A DNA stretch of 62,985 nucleotides, counting the filler, from Reticulomyxa filosa (taxonomy: Eukaryota; Protista; Foraminifera), in assembly GCA_000512085.1 (NCBI GenBank). It is 16 parts of 16 records of this genome, joined end to end, with 100 filler letters (N's around TTAATTAATTAA, not from the genome) between each part and the next. Parts side by side here need not be neighbours in the genome. Positions count along the whole stretch, not along the records: positions 1 to 6,456 come from ASPP01000867.1; positions 6,557 to 10,139 come from ASPP01023182.1; positions 10,240 to 14,900 come from ASPP01005277.1; 13 more parts are not named here. One strand, 5' to 3'. The notes under the pieces are model-generated. The model ran no database searches. It was not told where the DNA came from and was given only the letters and a program-made list of their open reading frames with translations. Position 1 is the stretch's first letter. The number at the start of each line of letters is the position of its first letter. Shown piece by piece: positions 1 to 13,339 of this stretch. A program made the position numbers and the translations under genes.

Positions 1-293
1 CAGCCAAAATCGAAGCGAAGCTATACTTACATTAAATTTCTTTGGTGCATATCGAATGCTATCTCCACCAACCAGTATACCAACAGCAACTCCTTTCTTA
101 AAAGCAATCAAATGTTTCACCATTTTAAATATCAAAATTTTGAAATGCCAATTAAAAATATCAACAATAAAAAAAATTAGTAAAAAAAAAATTTAATATT
201 TAAAAACTACAAGATTAAAAGATTTTTTTAAAAAAATTATGTTTAAATCTTTATTTTTCATAGAGAAAATCTTTTTTTTTTTGCAATATACTG
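1..293 (-). mobile_element. Tc1/mariner-like DNA transposon 5' end (TIR plus start of transposase), truncated by window edge
   Basis: Minus strand reads TA|CAGTATATTGCAAAAA at 295-280. ATG at 123 gives MVKHLIAFKKGVAVGILVGGDSIRYAPKKFNVSIASLRFWL (HTH-like). Homologous DNA at about 15127-15190 and 29024-29170. Confidence 0.75.
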
Positions 294-559
294 TATTTAA
301 TATATTTATAATCACTACTAGTTCTTTGTCTATTTCTGTGCAAATATTTTTTCTTTTATTCCTTTGTTTTATCGCCTTTTTTTCATTAATACTTAGTGTA
401 TTTTATATAAAACTTTATTATATACTTCATCAGTGCTTAGATGCTTAGTCACTTCCATTTTCATTATATTTTTAAATGTTTTCCCAAATTTTTTGCTACG
501 TTTTAGTATATAATCATTTATACATGTTATTTTTAGAATATTTATTGGTTTACTTGTTT

Positions 560-1250
560 TATCTATGTTGAATGTACACTTTATTGGAAAATGATCCTAT
601 CATAACACATTCAATATTTAGTATGTTATTGTCTTTTCTTTGATAATTTATTATTGCATAGTCCAAAGTTGAGTTTATTGGTTGATCATTATGATATGTC
701 CTTTGTCTAAAATGTAGTCCATAATGCTTAAAGAACTATCTTAACATCTCACCACTTTGGTTCTTGTCAAGTCTTCCGTTTCATTCATTCTTGCATCAAG
801 GTCCATTATTAATATCGCATACTGTAATGCATTCTTATACTAATTTGCGTATCTTGAAGTATTTCTTCAATATGTTCAATGGTACCAGTACTTGTATATT
901 ATGAATACTGATATTTCTTCATTGATATTGTCATTATGTTGTTATTTGATCAAGTCTTGTTTACTTTCGATATCAGTTTCATGACAAAGATACACATACC
1001 ATCGCAAGATTTACCTTACATTGCAGATTTAGTTTTAATACGCCTTTTGGAAAATTATCGATCAATTTATCTTTGCAAATTGCAGTTCACTACATTATGC
1101 TCAATGCTTTATTGATCTACATTTGACTTAAAATTTTTTTTGTAATATCAGATTTATGTTAATCAATATTAACTTACACTTCAATTTCTTTACAATATTT
1201 GTCTCTTTATTATCTTCAATATTTAGCCATGCATTTTCCCCATTAAATAT
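560..1250 (-). mobile_element. Decayed non-LTR retrotransposon (LINE) APE-endonuclease remnant
   Basis: Minus-strand fragments in the correct order: ILIMDLDAR (~815-789, cf. GDFNA), RTYHNDQPINSTLDYAI (~702-652) and DHFPIKCTF (~596-570, cf. SDH.P). Many stops and frameshifts. Confidence 0.6.
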
Positions 1251-1999
1251 ATATTGCATTATGAATATATTAATTGGATATACTGTTCATAAATGTCTTT
1301 TGTATTAACATTATTACTTAAAGACTAAATAGAAAATATACTATTTATCCAGTCCGTTAGATGCCTTATTTCTTTGGCTCATTTAGATATCTTGATTATA
1401 GTAATTTTTTGTTTCTGTTTATTATATATTGACTTTTATTAACATTATGTGATATTTGCTTTTTCGGATTTGCTATATGTTGATTTTGACCTCTATGCTG
1501 TTTGAAGTTTTTACTGCTTTCACCAAACATTGTCTATCTTGATATACTATCACTACGAATTTTATTGTTCCATTTACATATACACACATACTTTGCATCC
1601 AATCATATATCTTCACACAGTTAGTCTTCGGCCAAATAGCACAAATTTATAATTTTCTCTTTAATTTCTTTTTCTCTTTTGCCTGAATTGGCTATTGCTA
1701 ATATTTGACATCTGTTTCTTTAGCTTGTTCTATACTGATATTTTTATTTTACTTTTTAAATTATTTATTTATGATCGCATTTGATTAACTAAATGTATGT
1801 ACTGTTTTTCATTTGTCTGCAATATTCAGCTTAGTTCTTTGTTTTGATTTTGCAACACTTGTATTGTTATGTTACCGCTATACAATTCATATTCGATCCC
1901 ATTCTCGGATACTTTCTATCCAGAATAATTTTCAGTTTCATTACCATTTATATTTTCATTACTAAATTTTAACTAAAAAAAAAGGGTCTTAATAAATAT

Positions 2000-2034
2000 C
2001 ATTTATGTATACTGTTTTTTTTTTCAAACTACTG
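2000..2034 (-). repeat. Isolated degenerate copy of the Tc1-like TIR
   Basis: Reverse complement CAGTAGTTTGAAAAAAAAAACAGTATACATAAATG resembles CAGTAGATTGCAAAAAAAACTGCAATACCTAAATG at 29024-29058. Confidence 0.5.
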
Positions 2035-2756
2035 AAGGCAAAATTACACAATAAAGAAACGTGTTTTTCTAAAAGAGATGCGATCATAATCTTTTTTTTA
2101 ATGATGTCTACATTACGTCAAGTTTCTGAAAGGAATAATAAAAAGATTTAAAATTTTCATCATAACGATACAAGTGAATAATTGTAATTTTTCTTCAAAA
2201 TTTACAAAAATCAAATGAAAAAAATTATCTTTGTTCAACATAAATGACTTTGGTATCATATTTAAAAACTTCAGCATTTGTAGATATTTTTTAAAATTAA
2301 ATCTGAATGTTGCCTAAAATCAAAAACTGAATCTTTGTAATCGTTCAAAAGTAATCAAGTTTATTATGAACGTTGCCGTGTGTTTAAAGAAATGAATTTT
2401 CGCAAAAATGGAGCTTGGCTACTTTCTTTAATGTTGGATACCAAAAAGGTGAAGTTAAAAGGAAGATGTACCTTTATTGTAACAAAACTTTTTTACATTT
2501 TTTCTAAATCATCGCTATGTAATACCTCATTCTTCTTTATTTGCGTTCTTATTTTTTAAACGTTACTTTTGTCTCATCTACATTTCGTCATTTATTGTCC
2601 TTATCGAAATATTATGACTATCGAAACGTAATTGAATATTAGATTATGAGCTATTTATGAACATCGAAACAATTTTTTATGAATTATTCTAAAACAAGAA
2701 ATATAATTTAATTCAGTGACTGAGTAAAATAAATTCAATTTATCGTCTGTGTGTAT

Positions 2757-5546
2757 TTATTGCCGTAGTGATTTATCTCTTTCGACAAATGGTAATCCAT
2801 TATGAATTGTAAATATCATTGCAGTTTCAACAGCACTTCTTCCACATAAAATGCCTTGTTCAAAAAGAAATAAACAAAATAAATTAAATTGATGATCAGG
2901 ACAACGTCGTTGTACAAAATCATTCATTTTTTCTTTATATTTTTGTTCGTTATTATTTGTTGTTTTCCATTTTACAAAAAATGACAAAGTATCAACTATG
3001 CCATTAACGTCTTCCTTTTCATTACTTTTAAACATAAAATAAATGATATTTAGATCAATCATATGATTTAATATTTCACTAATATTTGTAATCCGTTGAA
3101 TATATTCGTCGTATTCTCTCCATGTTAATAATATCGTTTGTATGTGTTCATTTTGACTTTCCATTTTTGCATTCCACAAATATATATATTTTTCAAGAAA
3201 TATGTCGTTATCATATTGAAACATTCTAGTTGATCTAGCAAACAATATATCATATCCATGTTCACATTTAGAAATCCATGATATGTCACAGCTACAAAGC
3301 ATTTTAGATTTTCTCATAGAATGATGAAAATGTAAAATACATCCTTGATTACCTCTTTTGATTTCTGCAAATTGTAAAATATTCGTAGTATTTACATAAC
3401 TAACAAAAAATCCTGTTTTAATTTGTTTTTCTAGACTTTCTATTTTTACGTCTTTTAATCCACAATATAATTCAATATTGCTTTCTTCTTTTCTTTCAAA
3501 TGAACTTAAGATAGCTATTGCATCATATAAAAATAGATCCAAATATTTCCATTTATTATGCTTCAAACCTATTTGATCATAATTGAAATTAATATTACAA
3601 GATTTTGTGTTATATAATAATAGTGCACAAATATGGTATAGTTGCAGTGGATATCCCATATGTTTATGGATACCGCAATGAAATAAAGATTTCGCTTCAT
3701 TTAGTATTGTCAACACTTCATTATTTAATATTAATTTATTGCTATCATTTTCATCATAATCAATTTGTTTAATTGTTTTATAATATAATGTTTTGTTACT
3801 TTCATTATTTTTACTTTCAATTAAATCACATAAATAGCCATTTTTTATTATTTCATGAAAAAGTAGCTTTAATTCATTAGCTAATAGTTTGTCTGATATA
3901 AAATGGTCATCAATATTTTTAATTTTATCAACATCACATTCATATAGTAATGGATTAAATTGTTTTTTAATCGGGTCCATACTTGTATCTTTTGTTGGAA
4001 TGTACCTTTGATTATCACGATTTTCTTCTGCAATTGCAATGGTGTGTTTATATGAAACCATGCATACGCCTTGTATTTCCCAATATACTTGGATAGTTGG
4101 ATAGCGATAAGCATTTTGATAAATATTATGCAATAACTGACCTTCGCCATTTTTTTGTAACGTAATTGATGGCTTACATTCTTCAAATATACATTCAAAA
4201 CATATTGATTCATCGGCTCCTGTTTTAAATTGTTCTATCATTTGAAATTTGTGCTTCAAATATTCCAGTCCTTGTCTTAAAGTTACAAAATAAGGATTCA
4301 ATGGTTCACAATGTGTTTCGTGATCTTTCCATATTATATTAAACGAATTGAATTTCTGTTTATATTTGAAAAAGTATTCAATTTGTTTGAATTCATTTTT
4401 TTTAAAATTATCTTAACTGAGCAACAATTAGACAAAAAGTTTCTACTAAACATATCATTTGTACGAAAATACCAAACATGATTTAGAATAAGACAAGGCC
4501 ATTTTTTACAAGTAGTATCGATATCAGCAGTATCATTATAATATTTTATGTTAACGTTAAATTCTAACGATAACCTTTTTGGATTTCCAACTTGTAAGGT
4601 TTTTATTTTCAATTTGTTTTTTTCTAATAACAATATTCTCCTATACTCATAATCAAATAAAATTGGATACTCTCTCCACTTTTTATTTTTTAACATGTAT
4701 ACTTTAGTTGGAATATCGAAATCGCTTGTTTTATATCTGATTGTTAATGTGTATTACATATTTTACAAATAAAAATTTTTAAAAATTTTTAAAAATATAT
4801 ACATGTATTGTTCATCAATCCAATGTTGATAACATTCCCATAACCACAAACATTGGATAGTACTATAAGAATAATACCAACCTTCGCCACCTCTCTTTTC
4901 AAATCCAACCTGCTGTAAATAATTTGTAATATCTTTGAATATTTGTTCAAAACTAGCATTTAATTGAATACATCTTCGCTTTACATTTTCAGATAAAGCA
5001 CGTTCATTGATTTGTCGATATTTTATCTTTTTTGGATAATTCAAAATATTCCACAATATATGAACACACACTTGCCGGATTATTTTTGATTCGTTGCTTT
5101 CTTTAAATCTGTAATATTTGTAAAAAAATCTGTTATTCTTTTTTTAAAAAAAAAGTGTATTACAAACATTTAACTCATGGACATTGATACTAGAGGCAAT
5201 TTCTTTCAATTTCATAAATGTATCTAAATACACTTGTTTGCATGCTATCCAATTTTTTAAAATAGTCATTTTATCAAGCCGACCATTAAATTCTTCTAAT
5301 AATTTCATTACATTCTTTTGTTGTTCAATCGGTGTTCTATTATATTATATAATGCTTGTTAGTATCCTCCGCTGCAACAAATAATAAAAATGAAGAGAAG
5401 GAGAAAAAAACATAAGTTAACTGATTGTCAGTGATAAAGTTAAGAATTGCTTTTGCTTCGTTCAAGTCTCCATGACAATAATTCCAAGTTCGTGAAATGA
5501 CTTCCTTATCAATTTTTGGAAAAGACTGTTCGAGTTGTGAGAGCAT
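2757..5546 (-). CDS. Multi-exon protein: two CUE/UBA-like repeats, PUB domain, C-terminal degenerate ADP-ribosyltransferase-like domain
   Basis: Joins ORFs 5340-5546, 4763-5071, 4334-4696, 2757-4301 and a small exon at ~5175-5335. LEQSFPKIDKEVI..W..CHGDLNEA is CUE-like. ILWNILNYPKKIKYRQIN...LQQVGF is PUB. LYCG...FVSYVNTT...GCILHF...CDISWIS...YDILF follows the ART motif order. Confidence 0.7.
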
Positions 5547-6456
5547 GTTTACAAAAAGCTATTCCTTATTATAGAGTAGTTGCTGTTAAAAAAAAGGGCA
5601 ACCGGGAAAAAAAACCACTCCAAAGAATCTGTAGCTCGAACTGGTAAACGTAACGTGTTTTTCAGATAATCAAAATATTGCTTATGTGCTTGCTGAAGTT
5701 CAAATTATACGTTTTGTTAATTAGTTTCTTGTCTATCCTTTCTTTTGAAAACAATTTACCTGTCGAAAAGGCGAGCAAAAAAAAACCAAGTTTGCTGAAT
5801 TTCCGTTTATAATTCTTTTATTGGCTTCATTATCTTCTTTTTGTTTCTTGATACTTGTGCTGTGATGACTTCTATTAAACATAAAACTCTTGCCTTCTTG
5901 ATCACGAAGTCATCAGTAAACGACCGGCACGGCCTTGTAAACAACAATTGTTTGCACCAGTCCGAACTGGACAATATGACCACAATTGATGAAAAAAATT
6001 TTTCATGAGGCATTTTGTGAAGATTAAATATCACTACAATACAAATGTTTCATACTTTTATTACTTTCGTTATTTCTCAATATGAATGACTTTTAATGTG
6101 ATTTTTCAACATTTTATTCTGATTGATCTTCATAACATTACGGAAAATATGCAACAAAATATAGCATCCATTTATAATTATTGTTTGAACAATGGAACAG
6201 TTTCTATCTATTGACCATCAAATCGCATCAAAATAGAATTGCGTGTTTTACATAAAGTTAGTGTTTTGAATGAGTTGAGTAATTGGTTATAAAGATCATT
6301 CATTCATCTAATTATTGGATAATATTGGCTTCAAGTTCGTTAAACGACTAACTAGATTTTTATTCCAATCGTCAATTAAATCTGGACATTTATAACCTAT
6401 TTTAAAGCTGTGATGTAATGCAATTAATTGCATTTTGTAATTCTTTCATTCCGTTT

Positions 6457-6556
6457 NNNNNNNNNNNNNNNNNNNNNNNNNNNNNNNNNNNNNNNNNNNN
6501 TTAATTAATTAANNNNNNNNNNNNNNNNNNNNNNNNNNNNNNNNNNNNNNNNNNNN
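6457..6556. other. Artificial contig spacer (first of 15)
   Basis: N44-TTAATTAATTAA-N44, which places stops in all six frames. Also at 10140, 14901, 18374, 19566, 20943, 29214, 31937, 33956, 50653, 51960, 54438, 55565, 58077 and 61605, each 100 nt. Confidence 0.99.
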
Positions 6557-6825
6557 AAGTGCTGAAGGAACGTGAGGAGCAACTGAAGCACGACAAGGCA
6601 GCCTTGGAGAAAGGACGTCTGAAGCGCGAGAAGCAGTTCAAAAGCGATGATGATGACGAGAATGTCGCACAACAAGGAGATGGACTCCCTGTCGACAAAA
6701 ATGCTATTTGTAAGCAATCTTCTTCCAGTGGAGGAAATAATCGTCCATCAATGAACCGTCGTTCATGGAGAATGTCCGATATGCACGTTAATGAACATTA
6801 TATTTTTCATTTTTTTTGTTTCTAA
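6557..6825 (+). CDS. Fragment of a hypothetical charged protein (5' truncated)
   Basis: Open frame from the contig start with coding-like GC (LKEREEQLKHDKAALEKGRLKREKQF). Confidence 0.5.
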
Positions 6826-7022
6826 TGTTGTCCACTTGATGGTTATTTTTGAATTGCTTTAGCTTAGTGCGCTGATAATTTATTGAGATGTTTTACGTTT
6901 TAATGTTTTTATTGATAAGGCAAACCCGTTGGAGTTTACCTTAATTTATTTTTTTTTTAGTAAACGAATTTGACTCATTAAAATAGAAAGACCAAATTTG
7001 ATTTTCACAAAATATTGTGGCT

Positions 7023-9849
7023 CTAAGATTGATAAGAGTTAATAAGTTTACGTTTTTTTGGTTGGAAATGATTAGTTGAACTATTTTCTTGGGTGTCGTT
7101 TTCATCTATTGAGTTTGGACGTTTTTTTTTTCTTTTACTCCTTCGAAGTATTTTTTCCGAACTATCCACAGCATAATCGTTTGTTGGAGCCATCAAATCA
7201 TCATCGTCACTGTTAATGACAATGGGTTGATTGAGTCGGCTCTATTTTAAAAGCCAAAAAAAAAAAAAATTTATTCTATTCATAACAAAACAAAAAAAAT
7301 TGATTATTCAACTTGTTTTTTTTTCGAAGAATTGCTTTTATCATGGGAAATGTCATTTGTGTTATCCATTTGCTGAGAATGCTTCCCTTCATTCGTATTG
7401 CTCACGTTGGAATCTATTACTTTGGATTCATCTTTTTCAAAATTGTTATGACCTTTCGATGTACAATGCAATTCAAATAAACACAAAAAAAAAATATGTT
7501 TTATGTTTTTTTTTTTTTTATGACAAGCACAGTCCAAAAAAAATAGTGATAAGAAAGCATAGTCACAATCAAAACTCAACCACGTGCATTTGAATTAAAC
7601 TCAAATCAGTTGGATCTTGACTTGGTTTTGATACAGTTGCATTATCGTTATCTTTGTGGTCAAGGATGCAAGGATGATCCATGTCAGAGTCTGTCACTGT
7701 CTCCGCATCACTTTCCGTTGTTTCTTGGTGTCTATGTTCAGATGGCTCTGACTTTTTCTGTCTACTTTTTTTTTTTTTTTGACACGCATAAATATTTTCT
7801 TTTTTGCTTTGAAATCTTCATTTAGTCTGTATCAAAACAGACTGACACTAAACTCATGTTTGGAGTCAGTTTGTGTAGTTTCTTCATTTGGAATGCATTC
7901 GCGTGAATGGCTGTCCTGTTTGTCCAATACTTGTTCTCTTGGTTCTGTATTCAAACCATTGACTCCGGCGACAATCTCTGCGATTGCACTTTGTGTATTT
8001 TCATTTCCTTCAGTCGTCGGCTCACGTAATTCCTCTCTCATTGTGACATCTGGTTCTAACTCGGGTATGAGAGAAGAGGGTAGGATTTGAGAAGGGTCGT
8101 GAATATGAAGCAAAGGAACAAAATCGGGTCTTTTTGCGAATTGGACGACGACACACCAAGGCAACGAATAGACGCAATGACGATCAAAATAAGGATCGGT
8201 AGGTTTGTCATAACATCCAAATCCATAAAATATAGCCAACACAATATCATGTTCTTGGTGTTGTTTCAAATATAGTCCCACTTCTTTTATTATTTCCATT
8301 GCTTTATCATTCGGCTGAGATTCTTTTTCCAGTTCGACCATTGGTACATATGGCAGTTGACAGACTAGTATACGCTCCTTTCCCCCCCCCCCATATTTTC
8401 ATATGCACGTATACACAGACATATATATATATATATATGTATATATGTATATAAACATGGCAGTGAACAAAAACAAAAGAGTCAAACTTTGGTATTGTGA
8501 GAAGGGGAGGAGTTTGGACACGCGGAAAGATACAAAGCTGGATAGCATTGAAAATTGCCTTGAAAGGAACAGAAATAAGTATTGAAGTCAGTCAACGGCG
8601 GACAATTCATTGACGCCTTTTCAAAGTAATAACTCCATAAATTATATCTCGTCCAAACTTCTCCATTTTCCATATATTTATCCATTATTTCATTCGCCTT
8701 AATTCCACTGTGGATTATCTCTGACGTTCCTTCTTTGTTCCAATTCTCACTTCACACGCACATGCAAGTATGCATGCTATGTGCATGTAGTTTACACACA
8801 CACACACACACACACATGCAAACACAAGTATACGTACCTGAAAATGGAAAGCAATTGACGATAGGCATATCGAAGAAGAGTGGGTTGTCTGTGAAAGAAG
8901 TTTTGGAAGAAAGAAGCGGACAAGAATTGGAATTGACAGCAATGAAAGATGAAAATATTGAGCCAAGTGACGAGATAAGAACGCTGACTTATGAATTCGG
9001 ATTCGATATTTGGTGGCACTGCTGCGTACTGTCCAAAGAACGAGCACAAGTTGCGACAGGTGCCTTCGGCCACCATACCCGAATTCACCCAGTTTGGCCA
9101 ATTGTTTATACAATTCGAAGAAGACGACGGATCGGACGAGCTCCAATTCACCGTTATGTAACTCCCATTCTGTGTGTCATAATACCCTCCAATCCCCATT
9201 TTCATCAAATGTCCCCGCAATCGTTCACACATCGTTTGTCCGTCTATTGCATTCACTCCATTCATTCCTCCTCCTCCTCCTCCGCTAGACCAATAATACC
9301 ACTCCGTGCTGGCCTTCATGTTCACACTGTTCATGCATACATTCATCTTTAAAAAATTAACTAGATTATATATATACATATATATATGTATATATTAATG
9401 TGTGATTTGATGAAACAACTCCACTCGGTAAAAAATTGTTGACAACGGATACGCATTTCTTCTAAACAACGAGAAATATTAAAAACGGGCACAACATTAT
9501 CGACATTTGGTTTGGATGCGTTTTTTTGTGTTGCTGCTGTCGGCGTCGGCGCCGAGGTGGTTCGGCTGTCGGGTCGGTTGCCATTAACATTGCCATATAC
9601 GAGACGCGGCGTGTTTTGAATGGATGCATTCACGAGAAGAGGGAGATTGTTGAGATTCATATGCGGCACAAATATCGTCGAGTTCAATAGATCATAACTT
9701 ATTCGACCTGCTAACGCGGTCCCCGAATACGGCGTTCGCGACGCTAAATGCAGCTGCACGTGTTGCGTTTCTCTCTCCATACTGCTTTGGGGATCAACTG
9801 TGGCTGTGCCATTATGATTATTCTTCCCTTTCCTTTTTTGGGTTGACAT
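7023..9849 (-). CDS. Multi-exon hypothetical protein with acidic low-complexity C-terminus and basic NLS-like motifs
   Basis: Minus ORFs 9361-9852, 8792-9379, 8482-8685, 7832-8341 and 7304-7579 separated by AT/microsatellite introns. Last exon ends RRSKRKKKR...PKKRKLINSYQS*. No family recognised. Confidence 0.6.
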
Positions 9850-10242
9850 CAAAGCTTGATTCAGTTTAGTCGAACTGATCTATCATGGATTATAGAATTT
9901 TTCCCAGTTTTCTCGATTCCTGTTGAACCCCTTTGTTTTCTTTATTACCCGTGAATTGGTTATATGCACATCACCATAATTTTTTTTTGGACCTTGATTT
10001 TTGCCAATTAAAACAACAAATATAAAAAAAAAGAAGCTTTGTTATCATATGTCAACAGTTTATTCTACATCTCGTCATATATTTTTAAAAAATGAATTTT
10101 GCATCGCTTAGTTTCCCTCCAAGACAAATATGAATCATANNNNNNNNNNNNNNNNNNNNNNNNNNNNNNNNNNNNNNNNNNNNTTAATTAATTAANNNNN
10201 NNNNNNNNNNNNNNNNNNNNNNNNNNNNNNNNNNNNNNNTTG

Positions 10243-10284
<42 letters not shown>

Positions 10285-10309
10285 GGAAGATACAATCACT
10301 GTTCATTCC

Positions 10310-10774
10310 GTGATGGAAGAATTGTGGCGAAGGGATGGACTCGAGGTCGCCTTGGGCGGACGCGACGAAAATCGATTGGTGCCGGTGCTCGAGTATTGCA
10401 TTTACGCATTGCCCCATCCACACTTGAGCAAAACTGCCATTCATATCAGTGCACTGCTGCTGGACATTTACAGCAAAGTAATTGGCGTCTCTCCCAAAAT
10501 TGACAGTCTGTTCGAACAAATGGCCGCGTGTGTCGACAACATGGCGATGCGCAGCAAAACGCTTCTCAAACTGCAAGGCTGTGTTGACATGATTCTGCAT
10601 GCTCAAAGCATGCATTCCAATCCCTTACCGAAAAACAGCTCTGCCTACAAAAAACTGGCTCGCGATCAGGCCACTATGCAAGACCATACTCACGTCGCTG
10701 ACAAGTTTCATGAATCTGCACAACAAAAACTCAATTCTCCTTCTCCTCCTTTTGCGGCAGAGCCGCAGCTCTAA
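10310..10774 (+). CDS. UTP15: U3 snoRNA-associated protein 15, C-terminal domain (last exon)
   Basis: VMEELWRRDGLEVALGGRDENRLVPVL...LLLDIYSKVIG matches the UTP15_C pattern. Confidence 0.8.
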   Translation: MMEELWRRDGLEVALGGRDENRLVPVLEYCIYALPHPHLSKTAIHISALLLDIYSKVIGVSPKIDSLFEQMAACVDNMAMRSKTLLKLQGCVDMILHAQSMHSNPLPKNSSAYKKLARDQATMQDHTHVADKFHESAQQKLNSPSPPFAAEPQL

Positions 10775-11205
10775 TTTCCTCTCTCTCTTGTTTTTTGTTA
10801 ACGAACATACATCCAAATACATTGAACCTTTTTCACATCAATGTTTTGGATTCGAGATAAATTGACAAAGTACATTATTAAATCGATCATTATTGTTTGT
10901 TATATTCTTTTTATTTCTTTTTAATGACTGAGTTATCATTTTCCTGTTAATTGTTTGGAACAGATATGCATATCACACGACTTTTTTCAATAATAATAAA
11001 TAAATAAAAAACTATTTCCTTTCTCCCTTTTTTTTCTCAAAGTATTTAGCACTATTTATTATACTGTACTTTTATTTGCAGAAAACAAAATTTTCTAAAA
11101 AAAAAGTGCAAACACAACCAACTGGTGAACGTTCGTCTTACTTTTTTACCCTGACCCTTTGGAAAATAAACGACTTTTTAAAAAAAAGACTATTGGTGAA
11201 AGATC

Positions 11206-12930
11206 ATGGCACAAGATACCGCAGTGACTTCTCCATCTTCCACAGTTTTGTTGACATTTGGGAAGAATGCAGTCGGCCAAACAGGCCATCCGGAGCTAAG
11301 CGACAAAACGGACAACCTTCGAGCGCTTTCTGAGTTTGGGAACGAAGAGCTCACATTTATTGCGGCAGGATTCGACCATTCGGGTGCGATTTGTGGAGTC
11401 AATGGCGAGTGTTTTGTGTGGGGTGACAATGGATATGGCCAGAGTGGCTCCAAGGATGACAAGAGCACTTTGGAGCCAAACAAGAAAACGCAGGAGCCAT
11501 TGTACACTTTGCCACACAAGATCAGAGAGTTGTCACGTATACCGATTGCTCAAATTGCGTTGGGAGGACAGCATTCTTTGTGTTTAGCAAAGAGTGGTCA
11601 AGTGTATGCATTTGGAAACAACAAGAACGGACAATGTGGCATAAGTCCGACTCTCCACTCTATCTTACAACAGCCGGTGTTGCTGAAATTTGCTGGCTCC
11701 GCAAAACCTCCCCTCATCACCTCTGTCTATGCCGGTTATCAACACAGCGCATGTATTGATAATGAACATCAGTTGTATATGTGCGGAGACAACAGTCGTG
11801 GACAGTGTGGCGTCGGACATATAACAAAAGCTCCAAAAATTTGCCCATTCACCAAAGTTTCGATCCATGTGCATAAAGTCGCTTTGGGCCGATGGCACAC
11901 TCTGTTGTTGACCAGTGACACCCGCTACGTATACAGCTGTGGATGGAGTCGCTTCGGAGTGTTGGGATGCAATGACGACTCCAAAGATCTGTTCCAATTT
12001 CACGCCGTTCATATGCCAACCAATGTCAATCCCAACTCCAATTCCAATCGTGGGACCCCTGTCCAAATTGCTGATATCCATTCCGGTGCTGTCCATTGCG
12101 CTGCCATCACTGCAGATCGCAAGAGCGTTTACATGTGGGGAAGGGGGCAGTTTGGAAGATTGGGATTGGGAGACTTTCGAAACGCTTTGGTACCAACCAA
12201 ATTACAGGTGTTTTTTGTTTTTTTTTGGAAAAAGATTAAAAAAGAGACTAACTCTTTTTTTATACGTAGCTAAAAAAAAAAAACAGATTCCCTGGCAACA
12301 ACAAAATGACAGTGTCCATCAGCTAGGACTCGGTGGTGATTATTGCGTGTTGCTAACCACAAAGGGTGATATTTTTGTTTGGGGAAAAAATGAAGAAGGT
12401 TATACGTACTATTTTTTTTTTTTACGAATATTTTCAATCTATTAACATACACATAGATTATATACGAGTATATACGTTACAGCCACATGCAAATAAACAT
12501 GCGCAAAAAATTTGCGTATACGTGCACAATAGGACAACTGGGTTTGCGTGGCGCGCAAAAAAAAATAGTTGCAACGCCGACCGTTTTAAAGTTGAGTGCG
12601 CGATGCAAACCACTACAAGTAGCTTGTGGAGATTGTCACACCTTGCTTGTAGTGCAGACGCAGAATAAAAGTGAAGTGATCACAAGTTACTCAAAAAAAC
12701 AAGAGCCTGTGAAATTTCTGCAAACGAGAGAAAAGAACGAAAATGAGAGCATGCAAGCACAAGTTGCCGAGAACGACCAAAAGGAGAGCCTCCCTCCAAA
12801 ATGGAGGGCGGTTACTCCCAATAACCTCTCAGACACAGCACACGCATCGTATTTCAGTCGTGGCAGAGGAAACAAGCAGCGAAATGCCAAGCGGGGTACT
12901 TGGATCCCCAAAGATATAAATCGTTTTTGA
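11206..12930 (+). CDS. RCC1/BLIP-II repeat beta-propeller protein (3 exons)
   Basis: Repeated A.G..HS...VY.WG.N..GQ.G units. GT-AG introns at about 12208-12287 and 12399-12531. Confidence 0.9.
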
Positions 12931-13339
12931 ACGTCAACAGTTAAAAAAATTTCCTTTAAAAAAGTTGGAGTAGCACCTTTAAAGTACTGTGGCTCGTAAA
13001 AGTATATCTACTTGTAACAGTCCGTTCAGCTAGGATATCAAAGATACTAGATCAATTCATGTTAATCAATTTTTTTATTTTGCTGGTTCACAATAATATC
13101 ACTTAGTACTTCAAAATGTAGAGGCCTTTTCAACAAAGTTTTTCAAATAAATGTGCACTTGAACTTTTCTACCCTGCCCCTTTGACAGATTTTTCAAGAA
13201 ATTTGTTATAATCTTCAAGAAAATGTTTTAAAGTACAATTTTAATAAGAAATCGAGCGAACGAATGAACAATTCGTTTGAAAAATGAAAAAGATTGAAGG
13301 AGCCGAAGCCATGCAAGAATGTAATTACGTAGAGTTGAT

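Noticed and set aside
5990-6456. Possible LINE 3' end with Cys/His residues
   Set aside because: Too degraded for any ordered motif set.
6457-6556. Recurring TTAATTAATTAA within N-runs as a repeat or CRISPR-like array
   Set aside because: Identical 100-nt artificial linker used to concatenate contigs.
8735-9352. Long plus-strand ORF opposite the contig 2 gene, and similar antisense ORFs elsewhere
   Set aside because: They run through intronic microsatellites or mirror low-complexity exons, with no independent coding signal.
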